From contig OZ218954.1 in assembly GCA_965112735.1 (NCBI GenBank), forward strand, positions 1,116,001 to 1,180,000: a stretch of 64,000 bases of DNA. Direction: 5' to 3'. Under the pieces are notes generated by a model, which searched no databases, had not been told where the DNA came from, and saw nothing but the letters and a program-made list of their open reading frames with translations. Positions 58,801 to 64,000 of the stretch are shown here, one piece after another. The stretch is from Phaeosaccion multiseriatum. Taxonomy: Eukaryota; Protista; Ochrophyta, other classes. The position numbers and the translations under genes were made by a program. How positions within the stretch are numbered: position 1 is the first letter of the stretch; each line of letters opens with the position of its first letter.

Positions 58801-61572
58801 CTAATCCTTCTTCTTCTTCTTGGGCTTTTTAGCGTCCTTACCGCCCCCTCCCCCCTCGTCAGCTGCACTCCTCTTCTTGCTCCCCTTCTTGTCCTTGTCC
58901 TTGCTCTTCTTGCTCTTCTTCTTCTTGCTACTGCTACTGCTGCCCCCCTCCCCCTCCTCGCCATTCTCGCCATCGCTGGCATCTCCTCCCCCCCCTCCCT
59001 TCGCAGGCCACACGACCTGAAGCAGCAGCAGTTGATGATACAGCAGCCAGAAGCAGCAACAGCAGTTGGTCAAACAGCAGAAACAGCAACCGTTGCTGAT
59101 CAAGCAGTAGCAGCAGTTGGTGATGCATTAGAAGTACCTCCTCCTCCCCCTCCCCCTCCCCCTCCTCCTCCCCCCCCCCCCCCTCAAAACCCCATCCTCC
59201 ACAACCCTACCTTCTTTGCCTTGATGGACACCCCCCCTGGGGCCGTGTCAGCCCCCCTGGAGAGGGCCTTCCCCCACTCCTCCTCGTCCCCCTTGATGGC
59301 GTGCTGTGCGATCTCGAGGTCGTGCAACAGCGCACCGCCCTTGCTCTGCTCGGGTGGGTGTCAGGACACAGAGAGTGGGGGGGTGGGTGCCAGGACAGAG
59401 GGTGGGTGGGTGGGTGTCAGGACAGAGGGTGGGTGGGTGGGTGTCAGGACATATACAACCACACCAGTTGGTCATAGACACAGCCCCAATCAGACACAGC
59501 CGCAGTCACAGCAAAAGGTCAGATTCATATACCCACTCCCCCCCCCCCCCAAGTGCACCCACGTACCTTCTTGGGCGTGGGCATGACCTTGGTAACCTGC
59601 TGCATGGCCTCTGTGGCTCCCTCCTTGAGCTCGTCCTGCATTGTTTGGGGCAGGGCCTTCATGCCGCCATCCACTGCCATCTGGGCGGCTCTGCGTTGCT
59701 TGCCTTGCTTGGAAGCGTTGTCCTCTGCCTCCAGAGCGGTCTTCTGCTCTCCCCCACCAGCCACACACACAGAGAGAGAGAGGACACACAGAGAGGGGGG
59801 GGGGGGGGGAGAAAGAAGGAGAGGGAGAGAGAGGGAGAGAGAGGAGAGAGAGGAGAGAGGGAGAGAGGGAGAGAGAGGAGAGAGAGAGAGGGAGAGAGAG
59901 GAGAGAGAGGAGAGAGGGAGAGAGAGAGGAGGGAGGGAGGGAGGGAGAGAGAGAGAGGGAGAGAGATGCACACACAGCATGTCATGTCGGGTCCTATCAT
60001 GGTTTTTCATAGCACGATACTACCTTACGTAGCCTTACGCAACTCTTCGTACGTACCTGTACGTTCTGAATGTACGTGCTGATCTTGCGCACGGCCTTGT
60101 TGAACAGAGCCATGACCTGTGAGGGGTGGCGGGCAGTTGGTGATACAGTTGATGATACAGATGGTGATAAAGTTGGTGATAAATGAGTCATATGGGCATG
60201 GGCAGGGGGGGAGGCGGAGAGGGAGTGGGACAGCCAGAAGGAGACTCTAAACATACAATGAATTATCTAAGTCAATGGATCGTTCTAAGTCCATCATGGG
60301 CCATGTCAGTGATGGACATTCTGTCTGTCGGCACAACACCTCTCACCTGATTGACCGGCAGCTGCAGCTCTTCCGAGAGTCGATCCACAGACCTGACGGC
60401 AGGGCAGGGACAGGGACAGGGGAGAAGCAAGGGGGACGGGAGAGGGAGAGGGGAGAGGGCATGCGAGGACGCAAGCACGCGCATCCCGTTGAGCAGGAAG
60501 GGAACAGGGCAGGCAGAGAAGGACAGAGAGGAGAGGAGGAGAGGAGAGCAGAGCAGAGGCTTTACATAAGATAAGTAAGATAAGATAAGTAGACGCCTCA
60601 CAGAAGGAAGAGAAGCAGCCAAGGAGCGAGGAGTGGCAAACAAGAGCAAAAATACGGGGTGGCGTGGGGGGTTTGGTTGTTTGCTCTCCTCAAAGCACCT
60701 ACCCCCCCTCCTACTTGGGTTCCACCCGACCCACCCATTGACTGCCGTGCCCTACCTTGCCCCGCCCTGTCCATAAACCTCTACCCTGCCCATAAGCCTC
60801 TACCCTGCCCATGCATCTCTGCCGGTACACTGTTCCATCTCTGTCCACCTCTCCCTCTCTCTCTATAGCTCACTCACTCAATCACTCAACACTCTCGCTC
60901 TGTCCCTCTCCCTCTCTCTCTCCTTCCCTTTCCCTCTCTCTCTCTCCCTCTCTCTCTCTCTCTCCCTCCTTTTCTCTCTCTCTCTCCCTCCCTCCCTCCT
61001 CCCTCTCTCCCTCCCTCCCTCCCTCTCTGACCTGTGCTGCAGGCCGATGCCCAACACAATGGCCGACTGCAAGTAGGACAGCGACAACTCTCCGAGCCTA
61101 TTCAAGAAGAACAGCTTGGCGACGACCGGCATGAGGTCGGTGACAAGGTGGTAATCCACCATGTTGCGTGAGTAGAGCTCCAGCCGCTTGATGTCGTGAG
61201 GGGAGAGGAGGAAGTGCAGCTCTTGGGCGGACACGATGGATGGGGTGGTGCGAGTGAGGCCGGAGCGAGGTCCTGACGCCCTGTCTGCCCCTGTTTGTCG
61301 TTTAGTTTAGGTGCATACGCACACACACACACACACACAATAGAGTGGTGGGTGGGTGAGGGGGCAGAGGACAGCGTGTGGCAGTAGATGTTGCTATTGA
61401 TGGCAGATAGAGAGAGAGGAAGAGAGAGACAGAGGGAGAGACAGAGAGAGAGACAGAGACGAAGAGAGAGAGAGACGGAGACAGAGACAGACACACAGGA
61501 GAGAGAGTCATAGAGGGAGAGAGGAAGAAAGGAGAAGAGAGAGACAGAGGGACAGACAGAGAGAGAGACAGA

Positions 61573-61622
<50 letters not shown>

Positions 61623-61708
61623 CACACAGGAGAGAGAGTCACAGAAGGAGAGAGGAAGAGAGGAGAAGAGAGAGACAGAGGGACAGACAGAGAGAGAGAC
61701 AGAGACGA

Positions 61709-61763
<55 letters not shown>

Positions 61764-63925
61764 CAGACAAACAGGAGAGAGAGTCACAGAGGGAGAGAGG
61801 AAGAAAGAGAGGAGTGCTTACCGAGCAGAGCCAGTGCAGTGGAGGTGTCGAACCCCCCGTACTCGAAGCCGAGCAAGTTGCTGATGCGCTGTCTGCAGTC
61901 CATCATGAAGGCCTCCACCCACTTCGCGTCAGGAGCGTCGGACAAGTCTTATGGGGAAGGCAGTGGATGGCAGTGGAAGGCAGTGGATGGTGGGGTGTGA
62001 GAATGAGGATAAGGGTGAGGGGTGAGGGGTGAGGGGTAAGGGTGAGGATGAGGATGAGGGTGAGGGTGAAGGGTGAGGGTGAAGGGTGAGGGTGAAGGGT
62101 GAGGGTGAGGGTGAGGGTGAAGGGTGAGGGTGAAGGGTGAGGGTGAAGGGTGAGGGTGAAGGGTGAGGGTGAAGGGTGAGGGTGAAGGGTGAGGGTGAAG
62201 GGTGAGGGTGAGGGTGAGGGTGAGGGTGGGACCCCTCTTCCTCCTCCTCTTCCTCCTCAATCCCACTCACCGTCACACTTGAGGGCCTTGACCATGATGG
62301 CGCTGTGCTCTCCTGTGAGGTCGTTGGTGGTTTGCCGGAGGTAGCACATGCCCATGCCCAGCCGCTGCCAGAAGCGCAGCAGAGGGCCCGTGGTGCCTGT
62401 GTGTGGGAGGAGGCCCAAGATGGTGCACGATGCGTGAGTCAGGGGTGTGTAGGTTGGTGATACGTTGTTAGGGAAGGGGGAGGGTGGCGATGAGTGAGGA
62501 GAGTGAGGAGGGGGGGGGTGCCGACAGGTTACGGGAGGGGTAACGCCGATATGGGGTCGGGGAGGGCTACATGCGTTAGGCCGATACATTTAGGGCGGTA
62601 TGGAGGGGAGGGCTATATGCGTTAGGCCGATACATTTAGGGCGGTATGGAGGGGAGGGCTATATGCGTTAGGCGGGGGGTGGGAGGTGTGGGTGGTGCGT
62701 TGATTCGTTACCGGGGGGTGTGTACCGGTACAAGAAGGGGGGGGATTCGGTTCCAATCGATAACACGATGCATGATGGACGGTATCAAGGGGGTTCATCA
62801 GAGTAACACGTAATCCTACGTACCGAAAGACACCCCCAGCCAGTGGAGCCGCTCCGGAGGCCGCTGAGCCAGCGCCACAAGAAGAGGAGGGAGGTTCTTC
62901 CGGGGCTTCAACCGCTCCTTCCCCACCCACTTGCTCCCCCCTCCGTTCTCCGCGCCCACCCCCTCCTCCTCCTCCTCCTCGTCCTCGCTACCGTCCTCCT
63001 CTTCCTCTTCCTCCTCGCTACCCTCCTCCTCCTCGCTACCGTCCTCCTCCCCGCCCCCCTTCTTGCCACCCTTCTTGGAAGAAGAAGGTAAGGCCGAGCC
63101 CGTGAGATCAAAAATCTCCCCTTGATAGTACTTGCTGAGCAGCTGCATTGCTCGGGAGCCGTACCCCATCTGTTGCACATCCGGATGCGTCGCCAGCCTG
63201 ACCACCCGCGCCCCGCTCAGGGTGGGGAACTTGGAGTCCTGAAACTGTGTAGAGAGGGTCCATGGGATGAGGTCACCTGAGGCACGGTGGCCTCGGGACA
63301 TGGAGGCGTGGACATTGGCACGGCTAATCTTGCCTTCCAGAGACACCTTTGTTGTTGTGTGTGTTTAGGGGGGGGGTGCGGGGAGGGAGGGAGGGAGGGA
63401 GGAAGGGAGGGAGAGGGGGAGGGAGCGAGAGAGAATGAGAGAGTGGACAAATACACGCAGAGAAAGTGGGCGGTGACGAGCGCTGCCTTCTCTTATACCT
63501 CGAACCCCATACCCCGTTCCCCATATACCCATATACCCGTATGTATCCATATACCCATATACCTATCGTATGTATCCACATACCCATATACCTATCGTAT
63601 GTATCCATATACCCATATACCTATCGTTTGTATCCATATACCCATATACCTATCGTATGTATCCATATACCCATATACCTATCGTTTGTATCCATATACC
63701 CATATACCTATCGTATGTATCCATATACCCATACAGCCGTACGCCCATATACCTGTAAGACACAGAGCACGTCAGGCAGCCCCCCGTCCGCCCCTTGCTG
63801 CATGGCCTTGGGCCCGAGAAGCACAAAGAGGTGATGCGCAGGGGCGTCGCTGAGCAGCTGCAAGTCGTTGGGCTGGTTCTTGTAATGGGCGGCCGTGTAG
63901 AGGGACATGACGCGCTGGAGAAAGC
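58801..63925 (-). CDS. NAT10: RNA cytidine acetyltransferase NAT10/Kre33, 3' exons (5' part beyond the window)
   Basis: FLQRVMSLYTAAHYKNQPNDLQLLSDAPAHHLFVL; ASGDLIPW; SGARVVRLATHPDVQQMGYGSRA; LHWLGVSFG; YLRQTTNDLTGEHS; DIKRLELYSRNMVDYHLVTDL; Lys-rich tail. Confidence 0.96.
63525..63735. repeat. 30-bp intronic minisatellite (ATATACCTATCGTATGTATCCATATACCC-like)
   Basis: About 6-7 tandem copies in a NAT10 intron. Confidence 0.85.
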
Positions 63926-64000
63926 CTTTGGGGGAGGGAGGGAGGGAGGGGAGGAGGAGGGACGAGGGGAGGGAGGGGAGGGTGGGAGAGGGGGAGGGAG

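Noticed and set aside
372-63925. Functional cluster of RNA-modification genes (TRM5 and NAT10)
   Set aside because: They are far apart and separated by unrelated genes, with no evidence beyond chance proximity.

Overview
Intron-rich, GC-rich eukaryotic DNA with microsatellite-filled introns, most likely from a photosynthetic stramenopile (inferred from a bipartite plastid-type presequence, RRLQ motifs and a GDP-type C-terminal domain). Left to right: (1) the 5' part of TRM5 (-); (2) a head-to-head gene encoding a Zn-ribbon plus four DUF3395/SUEL-like repeats (+); (3) a 12-bp TCTAGA satellite; (4) a plastid-targeted DUF1997 gene (-); (5) an internally deleted NAT10 pseudocopy carrying a MITE; (6) a ~36-kb gene (-, 56475 to 20718) for a secreted mosaic lectin/adhesin; (7) the 3' half of NAT10 (-). 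The mosaic protein comprises a signal peptide, a Cys-rich/EGF-like region, 2 C-type lectin domains, 3 F-type lectin domains, TSP type-3 repeats, arrays of 57-nt one-repeat-per-exon Cys modules, a PPC-like domain and a GDP/VWD-like domain. Its gene hosts a young chromodomain Gypsy (intronic), a young Copia (exonic) and two small non-coding elements whose LTR-like direct repeats are themselves long hairpins. The most unusual signals are three: these palindromic-LTR mini-elements (one has the same 9-bp terminus and 4-bp TSD length as the resident Gypsy); a perfect 12-bp palindrome in place of the tRNA primer-binding site in both LTR retrotransposons; and the variable mini-exon and microexon architecture of the lectin gene. 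All gene models were assembled by eye from splice signals and protein motifs, and no database searches were run.
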